From the NCBI GenBank assembly GCA_016782445.1, contig JADHYM010000001.1, forward strand, positions 10,212-74,211: a stretch of DNA of 64,000 nucleotides, read 5' to 3'. Below are positions 10,529-20,822 of this stretch, piece after piece. The translations under genes were made by a program, and so were the position numbers. Source of the DNA: Candidatus Omnitrophota bacterium. GTDB taxonomy: Bacteria; Omnitrophota; Gorgyraeia; JABMRN01; RBG-13-46-9. Positions within the stretch are counted from its first letter, which is position 1; every line of letters starts with the position of its first letter. The notes under the pieces are model-generated. The model was not told the origin of the DNA and searched no databases. It was given only the letters and a program-made list of their open reading frames with translations.

Positions 10529-11002
10529 TTACCTCTCTTTCAGGGTGACAACGGAGAAGGCCTCGATCGCCTCGCCTTTTCCCGCGGGGCCTATGCCTTG
10601 CGCTGTCTTTGCTTTTATACTTAAGGCAGACTCCGATATTTCCAAAATACCGGCTACGTTTTTCCGTATGAGCGGGACAAAAGCAAGAAGCCTTGGTTCT
10701 CCCGCGATTATTATGGTATCAATGTTGTTTACAGCGAGGCGCTTTCCGGTTACGAGCTCGCTTACTTTTTTTAAGAGTTTGACGCTCTCTATATCCTTAT
10801 AACGCGTATCCGTGTCCGGAAAATATGTTCCTATATCGTTAAGACCTGCCGCCCCAAGCATCGCATCGCATATCGCGTGCAAAAGCACGTCAGCGTCCGA
10901 ATGGCCCTCGAGCCCTTTTTTAAAAGGTATCTCGACCCCTCCGAGCACAAGTTTTCGGCCCGTTACTAATTTGTGTATGTCGTAGCCTATTCCCGTACGC
11001 AT
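10529..11002 (-). CDS. ispF: 2-C-methyl-D-erythritol 2,4-cyclodiphosphate synthase
   Basis: IGYDIHKL...GHSDADVLLHAI signature. Confidence 0.9.
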   Translation of the reverse strand: MRTGIGYDIHKLVTGRKLVLGGVEIPFKKGLEGHSDADVLLHAICDAMLGAAGLNDIGTYFPDTDTRYKDIESVKLLKKVSELVTGKRLAVNNIDTIIIAGEPRLLAFVPLIRKNVAGILEISESALSIKAKTAQGIGPAGKGEAIEAFSVVTLKER

Positions 11003-11676
11003 CGTTTATTTTTTATAAGCGCCTTCGCCAGTTCCAGGTCCTCCGGCGTCGTTATTTTAATATTGCGCGGCGAACCTCTTACGATCTTTACTTTATACCC
11101 CAGCGCCTCAACCAGGCTTGCGTCATCAGTGGCATCGCTCGCGCGGCGAGAGCAATAAGCCTTCGATATGATGTCTCTTCTGAAAATCTGCGGCGTCTGC
11201 GCCTGGCAGAAATGTTTTCTGTTTTCGGTCATTGCGATGATGTTATCTCTTCCTACCTTCTTAAGCGTATCCGTCACAGGGATAGCGCAAATCGCTGCGC
11301 CGTTTTCTTTAGCGGCCTTAAACGTTCTTTTTATAATGTCTTCCGATAAAAACGGCCTCGCGCCGTCGTGCACCATGACAAAATCTGGTTTCCCTGCCGC
11401 GGAAAGAGCGTTTTTTACTGAATCAAAGCGCTTCCTGCCTCCTTTTACAATGAATCGCACTTTCTTGAGCCTGTATTTTTTGGCGAGAGAGGCAGCCTTC
11501 TTTACATTCTTGGCCCTCACGCTCAATATAATGCTCGTGACAGATTCGCTTTTATTCAAGGTCAAAAGCGTGTGGGCAAGAATCGGTTTTCCGAAAAGTT
11601 TTACAAAAGGTTTATCGCTTCTCGATCCGAGACGGATCCCGGTGCCGGCTGCGGGAACAATGCATGTAAGGCTCAT
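10987..11676 (-). CDS. ispD: 2-C-methyl-D-erythritol 4-phosphate cytidylyltransferase
   Basis: IVPAAGTGIRLG nucleotidyltransferase motif. Overlaps ispF by 16 nt, in the same operon. Confidence 0.85.
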   Translation of the reverse strand: MSLTCIVPAAGTGIRLGSRSDKPFVKLFGKPILAHTLLTLNKSESVTSIILSVRAKNVKKAASLAKKYRLKKVRFIVKGGRKRFDSVKNALSAAGKPDFVMVHDGARPFLSEDIIKRTFKAAKENGAAICAIPVTDTLKKVGRDNIIAMTENRKHFCQAQTPQIFRRDIISKAYCSRRASDATDDASLVEALGYKVKIVRGSPRNIKITTPEDLELAKALIKNKRCVRE

Positions 11677-11688
11677 CTTAAATACGAA

Positions 11689-12714
11689 CTACCTGTTTTT
11701 CCTGCGAAAGTTTCTCTCGCCTTCCCTTTTTTCGGCAAAGATCATTCTTCCTGCTGATGTCTGAAGGACGCTCGTCACTGCCACGCTTATGGTCTGGCCT
11801 ATCAGGCTTCTTGCGTTATCTACGACGATCATTGTCCCGTCGGGAAGATAAGCTACTCCCTGGTTATGCTCCTTGCCTTCTTTCGCGATCCTGACCGCCA
11901 TTTCCTCGCCCGGCAGGACCACGGGCTTAAGAGCGTTCGTAAGGTCGTTAATATTAAGAACGCTCACACCCTCAAGCTCTGCGATCTTGTTAAGATTAAA
12001 ATCGTTCGTAAACACTTTGGCGCTAAGAAATTTTGCCAGCTTCACTATTTTCGCGTCGACGTCCTTTATGTCCGGAAAATCCTCGTCGTGGATCTTTACA
12101 ACGGCGTGGGTATTTTTCTGGAGCCTGTTCAGTATGTCAAGGCCCCGGCGGCCGCGATTGCGCTTCAGGGAATCGGTCGAGTCGGCGACCTGTTGTAGCT
12201 CCTTGAGGACGAAGCGCGGCACAATGAGCCGCCCCTCCATAAAACGCGTATCCACTATATCGGCGATCCTCCCGTCTATAATGACGCTCGTATCGAGTAT
12301 TATAAGCTGGTCCGACTGATCCTGCCTGGCAAAGCGTACGTAGGGTATGATAAGATTGAATTCATCTTTCCCTCTCATTGCTATTATCATCCCGAGATAA
12401 CAGAAAACCAGGATAAAAATAATGTTGAGAGCCGGGTAGATCTTCGGATCCATAGGTATGAGTTTCACGATAAGCGTGACCATCCATGCCATAAAAAACC
12501 CGAAGACGAGGCCGAAAACGGCCGCTGAAAGGTTCCTCACGGAAAAACGCTGCATTTTAAGTTCCAGAAAGATGATAAGAAGCGCCCCGAAAAAACCTAC
12601 GAGCGCGCCGGAAAGGCCCCATAGCGTTTCAAAATTACCGATGGTAGCCCCGGCGTAATAACCGACGATGGTTCCGAGAAATGTAAAAAATAATCTAATA
12701 AAAATAAAAGACAT
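11689..12714 (-). CDS. PIN and TRAM domain membrane protein (YacL family)
   Basis: N-terminal TM helices, a PIN domain (ILDTSVIIDGRI) and a C-terminal TRAM-like domain. yacL lies beside ispDF in Firmicutes. Start moved to the internal Met, because the first 25 codons of the ORF-track model lie in a repeat element. Confidence 0.7.
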   Translation of the reverse strand: MSFIFIRLFFTFLGTIVGYYAGATIGNFETLWGLSGALVGFFGALLIIFLELKMQRFSVRNLSAAVFGLVFGFFMAWMVTLIVKLIPMDPKIYPALNIIFILVFCYLGMIIAMRGKDEFNLIIPYVRFARQDQSDQLIILDTSVIIDGRIADIVDTRFMEGRLIVPRFVLKELQQVADSTDSLKRNRGRRGLDILNRLQKNTHAVVKIHDEDFPDIKDVDAKIVKLAKFLSAKVFTNDFNLNKIAELEGVSVLNINDLTNALKPVVLPGEEMAVRIAKEGKEHNQGVAYLPDGTMIVVDNARSLIGQTISVAVTSVLQTSAGRMIFAEKREGERNFRRKNR

Positions 12715-12741
12715 ATTAAAGCTCCTCTTTTTAAATCGTTT

Positions 12742-12890
12742 AAAAACCAAAATCCAAATGACAAATGACAAATAAAACCCAAATTCCAAATGTCAAATTT
12801 GCCTGCCTGCCGGCAAGGCAGGGATTTTGGAATTTGAAATTTATTTGGATTTTGTCATTTGACATTTGTCATTATTCCTCTATTCGCCCC
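12742..12890. repeat. composite roughly 150-bp imperfect palindrome: inverted and direct GTCATTTG-rich arms flanking a GCCTGCCTGCCGGCAAGGCAGGG hairpin
   Basis: Arms CAAAATCCAAATGACAAATGACAAATAAAA and TTTATTTGGATTTTGTCATTTGACATTTGTCATT; located between yacL and mlaD copy 1. Confidence 0.7.
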
Positions 12891-13497
12891 GCGGCTTGTG
12901 TAAAAGCTTCCACGGGTGCGCTTTGATATCCGCCACAAAGTCCTCCAGGTCGTCGTAAATCTGCTCATCGACTAGAAGCTTTCCTACCGTGCCCTTTCCT
13001 TCTTTCAGGCCATCCATGATAACGCACATTGAATCCACAAGCTTCTGTACTTTTTCGGTCACAAGCTCCATAGGAACAGGGTCATGCCCAATGAGCGTCC
13101 CCTCGCTGGTGAGAATGTCGTCTGAAAGCTCTCCGGGAAAGATCTCCAGATACTTCTCACCCAAAAGCCCCAGCGTGTTTATAACTGCATCCGAGTCCGT
13201 CGGGATCTTTATGTCGTCGGAATCAACCCACGCCATAACCCTAACCTTGGTCTTTTTCTCGTTTTCGTCGAAGAAAAGGTCTATTTTATCTATCTGTCCG
13301 ACATTAACGCCCGCGAACCTCACAGGCGCGCTTTCCGCCAGGCCGTTCGCAAAATTAAATACGACATTTACGTGATAGCCTTTTTTTATTAAATACACAT
13401 CACCTATAGAAAAAACTATTATGGAAAAGAGAAGTATTCCGAGCGCTATAAAAATACCTACTTTAAGCTCAAACGTCTTGTCTTCGAAATTTAACAT
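12880..13497 (-). CDS. mlaD: MCE-domain protein MlaD (phospholipid ABC transporter periplasmic component), copy 1
   Basis: N-terminal TM anchor followed by an Mce domain; located downstream of mlaE and mlaF. Confidence 0.75.
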   Translation of the reverse strand: MLNFEDKTFELKVGIFIALGILLFSIIVFSIGDVYLIKKGYHVNVVFNFANGLAESAPVRFAGVNVGQIDKIDLFFDENEKKTKVRVMAWVDSDDIKIPTDSDAVINTLGLLGEKYLEIFPGELSDDILTSEGTLIGHDPVPMELVTEKVQKLVDSMCVIMDGLKEGKGTVGKLLVDEQIYDDLEDFVADIKAHPWKLLHKPRGE

Positions 13498-13549
13498 TGT
13501 TTACCTCCATTTATATATGATTACGCAGATTTCTTGCTTCTAAAAAGAT

Positions 13550-13571
13550 GCCTGCCTGCCGGCAGGCAGGC
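13550..13571. repeat. GCCTGCCTGCCGGCAGGCAGGC perfect 22-bp palindrome (family member)
   Basis: Other members lie at 9791-9836 (expanded variant), 12801-12823 and 27543-27564 (inside the anti-sigma ORF). A degenerate version lies at 52143-52167 in the homologous mlaD/mlaF gap of the second operon. Confidence 0.7.
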
Positions 13572-13619
13572 ATTCTTGATTACACAGATACTAACTACAA
13601 TCTGTGTAATTATTTTCAA

Positions 13620-14369
13620 TCAATGATCCTTAGCGATCGGCCCTTCGGCCTCGCCGTGTATAAACTGTTTTACTACCGGGTTTTTTGTACTTTTTATCTC
13701 CTGGGGAGTCCCGATCTCGATGATCTTCCCCTCGTAAAGCATGGCGATCCTGTTCGCTATTTTATACGCGCTTTTCATGTCGTGCGTAACGGCAATAGAG
13801 GTAACCTTGAGTTTGTCGTGCAACTCTTTTATAAGGTCATTTATTGCGTCTCCCATTATCGGGTCAACGCCTGTAGTAGGCTCGTCATAAAGTACTATTT
13901 CGGGCTTCATGGAGATCGCCCTTGCTAAGCCCACTCTTTTTTTCATGCCGCCTGAGAGCTCTGCGGGCTTCAGGTTTTCTATGCCGCCCAGTCCCACCAG
14001 GCCCAAACACTCCCGCACCCTGGCAAGCATCGCGTCCTTCTGTGTAGCAGTATGTTCTATCATGCCGAACGCCACGTTTTCCCAGACCGTAAGCGAATCA
14101 AAAAGAGCAGCTCCCTGAAAAAGCATCCCAAATTTCATCCTGATATCGTTGAGCTCCTTCCCGTACATCTTGGAAATATCCTTGCCGTCTATCAGCACCT
14201 GGCCCGAATCCGGCTTCAATATGCCTATAATATGTTTTAGAAGCACGCTTTTTCCGCAGCCCGAGCGGCCTATTATGACGGTCGTTTCGCCGGACTTGAT
14301 GGTAAGGTTAAGGTTTTTTAAAACCTCTTTCTTCCCGAAATTCTTGCACAGATTTATTATTTCTATCAT
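13620..14369 (-). CDS. mlaF: ABC transporter ATP-binding protein MlaF, copy 1
   Basis: Walker A GRSGCGKS, ABC signature LSGGMKKRVGLARA, Walker B LYDEPT. Confidence 0.8.
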   Translation of the reverse strand: MIEIINLCKNFGKKEVLKNLNLTIKSGETTVIIGRSGCGKSVLLKHIIGILKPDSGQVLIDGKDISKMYGKELNDIRMKFGMLFQGAALFDSLTVWENVAFGMIEHTATQKDAMLARVRECLGLVGLGGIENLKPAELSGGMKKRVGLARAISMKPEIVLYDEPTTGVDPIMGDAINDLIKELHDKLKVTSIAVTHDMKSAYKIANRIAMLYEGKIIEIGTPQEIKSTKNPVVKQFIHGEAEGPIAKDH

Positions 14370-14380
14370 ATTCTTTTTTT

Positions 14381-14411
14381 TACAGCTTAAAGCTTACAGC
14401 TTATAGCTTAA
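14381..14411. repeat. AGCTTA(N)AGCTT tandem palindromic repeat (family; other copies 23449-23466 and 56437-56466)
   Basis: TACAGCTTAAAGCTTACAGCTTATAGCTTA; all copies intergenic. Confidence 0.55.
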
Positions 14412-15218
14412 TTACCTTCCTATAAAATACATCAGCGCAGTCAAGAGACAGTCGGCCGCTATTATAAGAATAAAGCTCCTCACCACGCTCGAGGTAGTGG
14501 CTTTTCCTACGCCCTCAGCGCCTTCTTCCGCCCGCATTCCCTCAAAGCACGATATTACACATATGATTATAGCGAATACTACGCTTTTGTAGAGGCCGTT
14601 CCGAAGATCGCTTTGCGCCAAGGGATCAAACGTCATCTTAACGTACATATGATGGGAAATGTGTAGCTTATGAACCCCTACTATGTATCCGCCAACCATG
14701 CTTATAAAGTCGGCGTATACGGTTAATACCACCACTGACACCAGAAGCGCCCAGAACCGCGGAACAACAAGGTAATTAATGGGGTTTGTCGCCAGCGTCT
14801 CCAGCGCGTCTATCTGTTCGGTAACTTTCATGGTGCCGATTTCCGCTGTTATCGCCGCCCCGGAACGGCCGGCTACGACGAGGGCAGTTAAAACCGGCCC
14901 AAGCTCTCTTATCATCGAAAGCGCGACAAGGGAAGCTATGTACATCTCTGCCGACATCTTCTGCATCTGGTACGCGCTCTGAAGAGCGATTACGATACCT
15001 ACAAAAAGGCTTATGAGCGAAACTATGGGAATTGAGTTTGCGCCTATTTGAGCTGTTTGCCGTATCGTTTCGCGAATTCTAAAAGGTGGGTGAACGAGTG
15101 CGTAGGCTATATCGCCCATAAAGATCGCTATTGAACCCATGTAACACACGAACTCGACGCCCTTCGCCCCTAAGGCTGCCAGTTTTCTTTGTATATTCGA
15201 AAGTAATCTCTGTATCAC
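14412..15218 (-). CDS. mlaE: ABC transporter permease MlaE, copy 1
   Basis: MlaE/YrbE permease family, about 260 aa with 5-6 TM helices; heads the mlaE-F-D operon. Confidence 0.8.
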   Translation of the reverse strand: MIQRLLSNIQRKLAALGAKGVEFVCYMGSIAIFMGDIAYALVHPPFRIRETIRQTAQIGANSIPIVSLISLFVGIVIALQSAYQMQKMSAEMYIASLVALSMIRELGPVLTALVVAGRSGAAITAEIGTMKVTEQIDALETLATNPINYLVVPRFWALLVSVVVLTVYADFISMVGGYIVGVHKLHISHHMYVKMTFDPLAQSDLRNGLYKSVVFAIIICVISCFEGMRAEEGAEGVGKATTSSVVRSFILIIAADCLLTALMYFIGR

Positions 15219-15219
15219 T

Positions 15220-17700
15220 TTACTTTACCTTTTCCTTTTTATCGCTTTTCGCAGGCACCTTGAACGGCTCTTGTATAAACTCGAGCGAGTCGGCTTTCGC
15301 TTTTATGGTAATTTTCGCGCCGTTTTTAAACTTACCGGATATTATATTCTCGGCCAGGGGATCCTCCACAAAGCGCTGAATCGTTCTTTTTACAGGTCTT
15401 GCGCCGAAGGTCTTGTCGAAGCCGCGTTCTATCAGGAAATCTTTCGCCTCCTTCGAGAGGTCAAGCTTTATGTTCTTATCCTTAAGACGATCCTGGACCT
15501 CCTTTATTTCTATGTCCACTATTTTGTAAAGATCATCTTTGGTGAGGGACCTAAAAACGATGACGTCGTCTACCCTATTCAAAAATTCCGGCTTGAATAC
15601 TTTTTTTACCTCCTCAAGAAGCCGTGATTTCATGTCCTTATAATTCTCTTCCTCTTTATCCTGGGACCGGAACCCTATCGAGCCCTGTTTTTTGAGCAGC
15701 TCCGCGCCTATGTTCGAGGTCATAATGAGAATGGTGTTCTTAAAATCCACTTTCCTACCGAATGAATCCGTGAGGCGCCCCTCCTCAAGAACCTGCAAAA
15801 GCAGATTGAATACGTCGGGATGGGCTTTTTCTATTTCATCAAGAAGGACGACTGAATAAGGGCGCCGCCTTATCTTTTCGGTAAGCTGCCCGCCTTCCTC
15901 GTAGCCCACATATCCGGGAGGCGCGCCGACAAGCCGCGATACGTTAAATTTTTCCATATATTCCGACATGTCGATCTGCACTATCGCGTCTTCGTCCCCG
16001 AACATAAATTCCGCAAGCTTCCTGCCGAGAAGCGTTTTCCCGACGCCTGTCGGCCCCATAAAAACGAACGATCCTATGGGCCGGCGCGGATCCTTTATGC
16101 CTGCGCGGGAGCGCCTTAGCGCGTGAGCAATCGCGCTTATCGCCTCTTTCTGCCCGATTACACGGGAATTGATCTCGTCTTCTACTTTGAGGAACTTTAT
16201 CGATTCCTTCTCCTCGAGTTTTAAAAGCGGTATCCCTGTCCACTTGGCTACGATGTATGCTATATCCTCTTCCGTAATAACCGGAATTTTTTTGGACTGG
16301 GTCTCTTTCCATTTTTTCTTTGTCCTGGTAAGAAGTTCCTTCGCTTTTCTCTCTTCGTCTCTCGAACGCGCCGCTTTTTCAAAATCCTGATTCTTAACGG
16401 CGTCTTCCTTCTCTCCGCTTAAGTTTTCTATTCTGGCTTCTATATCTTTTATGTCGGGTGGCGCCGTCATGGTAGAGAGATGCGCGCGGGAGCCGGACTC
16501 ATCTATCAAGTCTATCGCCTTGTCCGGAAGAAAACGTCCGCTTATGTAACGGTCAGAGAGCTTGGCAGCAGCTTCCAGGGCTTCGTCCATAAATTTTATT
16601 TTGTGGTGCGCCTCGTATCTATCCCGAAGTCCTTTTAGTATCGCTATTGTCTCATCCACTGAAGGGGGCTCGACCATTATCGTCTGGAAGCGTCTTTCAA
16701 GCGCCGCGTCCTTTTCTATATGTTTCCTGTATTCGTTAATAGTTGTCGCGCCTATGCACTGTATTTCCCCCCGGGAAAGAGCGGGCTTCAGTATGTTGGA
16801 GGCATCGATCGCCCCCTCGGCGCCGCCGGCCCCGACAAGTGTGTGCAGCTCGTCTATGAAGACGATAACGTCGGGTGAGTTTTTTATCTCCTCCATCACG
16901 GCCTTTATCCTTTCCTCGAACTGGCCCCTGTATTTTGTTCCGGCAACCATGAGCGCGAGGTCCAGGATAATAATGCGCTTATTTTTTAAAATCTCCGGCA
17001 CGTCGTTTGCCACTATCTGCTGCGCGAGGCCCTCCACGATCGCTGTTTTGCCGACTCCGGCCTCACCTAAAAGAACAGGGTTATTTTTTGTGCGGCGCGC
17101 GAGGATCTGCATTACGCGTTCTACCTCGTTTTTCCTCCCTATGACAGGGTCAAGCTTCCCATCTTTTGCGAGCTTTGTAAGGTCCCTTCCGAACGAGTCA
17201 AGGGCAGGCGTTTTGTTCTTTTTTCCTTTTTGCGTGGGCGATCCGTAGCCCGGAATAGAAGAGCCCAAAAGCCCCATAACCTCGTTCCTTACCTTATCCA
17301 TGTCAAGCCCCAGGTTCATAAGGACCTGCGAAGCAACCCCTTCACCTTCCTTGACAAGCCCGAGAAGCAAATGCTCTGTTCCTATATAATTGTGCCCGAG
17401 CTGCCTGGCTTCCTCCATCGCAAGTTCAATAACTTTTTTCGCCTTTGGCGTGAATGGGATATCGCCGGATACGATAGTCGCGGGACCCGGTTTAACCAGT
17501 TTCTCCACCTCAAAGCGTATCTGGTCCGAGCTCAAGCCAAGGCTGGCTAAAACAGCGGCCGCCACGCCCTCGCCCTCGCGTATCAAGCCAAGAAGCAGGT
17601 GCTCAGTGCCTATATAATCGTGGTTAAAACGCTTCGCCTCCTCTTTCGCGAGAAGTATCACCTTTCTCGCGCGCTCGGTAAACCTGTTAAACATTGCCAT
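15220..17700 (-). CDS. clpC: ATP-dependent Clp protease ATP-binding subunit ClpC
   Basis: Duplicated Clp-N repeats, two AAA+ modules (GEAGVGKT and GPTGVGKT), and a UVR-like linker. Confidence 0.9.
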   Translation of the reverse strand: MAMFNRFTERARKVILLAKEEAKRFNHDYIGTEHLLLGLIREGEGVAAAVLASLGLSSDQIRFEVEKLVKPGPATIVSGDIPFTPKAKKVIELAMEEARQLGHNYIGTEHLLLGLVKEGEGVASQVLMNLGLDMDKVRNEVMGLLGSSIPGYGSPTQKGKKNKTPALDSFGRDLTKLAKDGKLDPVIGRKNEVERVMQILARRTKNNPVLLGEAGVGKTAIVEGLAQQIVANDVPEILKNKRIIILDLALMVAGTKYRGQFEERIKAVMEEIKNSPDVIVFIDELHTLVGAGGAEGAIDASNILKPALSRGEIQCIGATTINEYRKHIEKDAALERRFQTIMVEPPSVDETIAILKGLRDRYEAHHKIKFMDEALEAAAKLSDRYISGRFLPDKAIDLIDESGSRAHLSTMTAPPDIKDIEARIENLSGEKEDAVKNQDFEKAARSRDEERKAKELLTRTKKKWKETQSKKIPVITEEDIAYIVAKWTGIPLLKLEEKESIKFLKVEDEINSRVIGQKEAISAIAHALRRSRAGIKDPRRPIGSFVFMGPTGVGKTLLGRKLAEFMFGDEDAIVQIDMSEYMEKFNVSRLVGAPPGYVGYEEGGQLTEKIRRRPYSVVLLDEIEKAHPDVFNLLLQVLEEGRLTDSFGRKVDFKNTILIMTSNIGAELLKKQGSIGFRSQDKEEENYKDMKSRLLEEVKKVFKPEFLNRVDDVIVFRSLTKDDLYKIVDIEIKEVQDRLKDKNIKLDLSKEAKDFLIERGFDKTFGARPVKRTIQRFVEDPLAENIISGKFKNGAKITIKAKADSLEFIQEPFKVPAKSDKKEKVK

Positions 17701-17701
17701 G

Positions 17702-18754
17702 TTATTTTCCTCCGATTTTTTTCCGTACTATATCGGCCCGTTTGTAATCGCGCTGGGTTGCGGTAAGAACCTTCCCTTCAAGCTTCTGAAGGTGAGCCGG
17801 TTGAGTTAAAATAAAAAGTTCGTTTATAAGCGGCCTTGTGATATTCTTGACTATTCCTAAATCTATCCCGAGCCTTATTGCGGACAGAAGCTTTATTGTT
17901 TCGTCGCTTGTTATGATGCGCGCGCTTTTAAGCGTTCCGTACGAGCGCCATATTTTATCCGTGACCTCTTCCTTGTTTTTTGCCAGGAGTATGCCGCGCG
18001 TTGACTCTTCCCGCATTATTATTTTATTCACTATGCTCGTTATCTGGTTTACTATGTCGAGCTCTGAGCGGCCGAGGCTTACCTGGTTCGACACCTGGAA
18101 AAAATTACCGATAGCCTCTGTCCCCTCGCCGTAGAAACCGCGCATAGTAAGCCCGAGTTTCGATATTGCCGAAAAGACGTTGCCTATCTGGTTTGTCATC
18201 ACGAGCGCCGGGAGGTGAAGCATCACTGACGCCCGGAGAGCTGTTCCCGTGTTAGTCGGACATGCCGTGAGATATCCCCATTTAGGCGAAAATGCGAATG
18301 CGAGCTTCGTGCCCAAATCTGAATCGATCTCATCTGCTACGCGCCAGGCCTCCATTATGTTAAAGCCGGACTGAAGCACCTGTATCCTGAGGTGGTCCTC
18401 TTCGTTGATCATGATGCTCACGATCTCTTTTTCGTCGAATATAAGCGCCTTGTAAGCAGCATCCGCTGTGTGCTCGGGGCTTATGAGATGCCTTTCAACG
18501 AGAAACTGCTTATCTATTTCGCTGGTGTCCTTCATCTTCAAAAATATAGTATCTTTCATGAACTTGCTTTTTAAAAGCGCTTCCTCGGCAAGCTTCAGGA
18601 GTTTCTCCTTGTCGGCTTTTTTTGCCCAGTTGAAAAATGGGAACCCGCTTATATTCCTGGCGATCCTCGCCCTCGAGGATATTACGATATTGGATCTGGG
18701 GCCTATGCCCTTGAGCCATTCACTTTCTCTCATCAGCAAATCTTCTAATTTCAT
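17702..18754 (-). CDS. mcsB: protein arginine kinase McsB
   Basis: ATP:guanido phosphotransferase domain; lies between mcsA and clpC. Confidence 0.85.
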   Translation of the reverse strand: MKLEDLLMRESEWLKGIGPRSNIVISSRARIARNISGFPFFNWAKKADKEKLLKLAEEALLKSKFMKDTIFLKMKDTSEIDKQFLVERHLISPEHTADAAYKALIFDEKEIVSIMINEEDHLRIQVLQSGFNIMEAWRVADEIDSDLGTKLAFAFSPKWGYLTACPTNTGTALRASVMLHLPALVMTNQIGNVFSAISKLGLTMRGFYGEGTEAIGNFFQVSNQVSLGRSELDIVNQITSIVNKIIMREESTRGILLAKNKEEVTDKIWRSYGTLKSARIITSDETIKLLSAIRLGIDLGIVKNITRPLINELFILTQPAHLQKLEGKVLTATQRDYKRADIVRKKIGGK

Positions 18755-18757
18755 CTC

Positions 18758-19261
18758 TTACTTTCCCCTCTCAACTTCCCCTATCTGGTCACGAAGCCGC
18801 GCGGCCTCTTCGAACTCCTCGAGCTTTATAGCCTCTATAAGGCGCTCCTTCAAGTTGGCAAGGATCGTTTTGGTGTCCCGCTTTACCTCTTCTTTTGAAG
18901 GAATTTTTCCCACGTGACGCTCCGAGCCGTGTATCTTTTTTAAAAGCGGGCTTAAATTTTCTTTAAAAGTATCGTAGCAGGCCGGGCAACCAAGGCGCCC
19001 TATCTTACGAAAATCCCTGAAGGTAAACCCGCATTTGGGACACTTTACCGATATCTTTTCCGTTTCTTCGGTTTCCTTGACAGAAGTGGGAGCGAGGTCT
19101 GCCAGGCCCGATAAAAGGTCCGCAAGCCCGAAATGCGCTTCCATTTCTTCTGATTTCTCTCTAGCGCAATTCTCACAAAGATGGAGCTTCTTCACCTTAT
19201 CGTCCACTATCTCCGTAAGATGGACCGTTGCGTCTTGTTTCTTACATACGTCGCACTGCAT
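18758..19261 (-). CDS. mcsA: McsA-like activator of protein arginine kinase
   Basis: N-terminal Cys-rich zinc-binding repeats (CDVC...CENC, CPKC...CPAC) and a C-terminal UVR domain. Confidence 0.75.
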   Translation of the reverse strand: MQCDVCKKQDATVHLTEIVDDKVKKLHLCENCAREKSEEMEAHFGLADLLSGLADLAPTSVKETEETEKISVKCPKCGFTFRDFRKIGRLGCPACYDTFKENLSPLLKKIHGSERHVGKIPSKEEVKRDTKTILANLKERLIEAIKLEEFEEAARLRDQIGEVERGK

Positions 19262-19275
19262 CTATGTCCCCTTAT

Positions 19276-20175
<900 letters not shown>

Positions 20176-20822
20176 CTATCCTGAATGCTCTGTCAAAATC
20201 CCCTTCCATGCGTTCGTCGTGGGTTACGATAATGATGTTCATTTTTTCTTTTTCCTTAATTCGCCACAGGGTGCTCATTACCTCGCCCGCCTTCGCGGAA
20301 TCGAGATTCCCTGTGGGCTCGTCGCATAAAAGAATGCGGGGGTTATTTATAAGGCCCCTCGCGATCGCAACGCGCTGGCATTCCCCTCCGGAAAGTTCGG
20401 ACGGCCTGTGCTGCAAGCGTCGGCTAAGGCCCGCCATTTCAAGAAGTAGTTCCGCGCGATGCTTTATTGTTTTTGCCTTGCGGGCCCGGCCGATGATGCC
20501 GGGAAGCATTACATTTTCCAATACGTTAAACTCCGGCAGGAGGTGATAAAACTGAAAAATAAAACCTATTTTCTCGTTGCGTATCGCCGAACGCGCGCCG
20601 TCTCCCAGTTTGTAGAGATCGAACCCGTCAAAGAATATTTTTCCTTCCGTTGGCTTGTCGAGCCCACCGAGAATATGAAGAAGCGTGGACTTGCCGGCGC
20701 CGGAAGGGCCGGTAATAAGCATTGCTTCGCCTTCAGCTATTTCAAATGACGCTTTCCGCACCGCGTTTATGCGCGTTCTACCCTGATAGTATGCCTTGCT
20801 TATATTTACAGCTTTAATCATT

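Noticed and set aside
10987-11002. Bifunctional IspDF fusion
   Set aside because: ispD has its own stop and ispF its own ATG. The two genes overlap by 16 nt in different frames, so they are separate proteins.
16562-17248. Long plus-strand ORFs (for example 16562..17248, 57436..58053, 9504..10037, 45862..45930) as additional genes
   Set aside because: They lie entirely antisense to well-supported minus-strand genes (clpC, mnmE, cysS) or overlap a tRNA. They show low-complexity Ser/Arg/Phe-rich translation typical of shadow ORFs.
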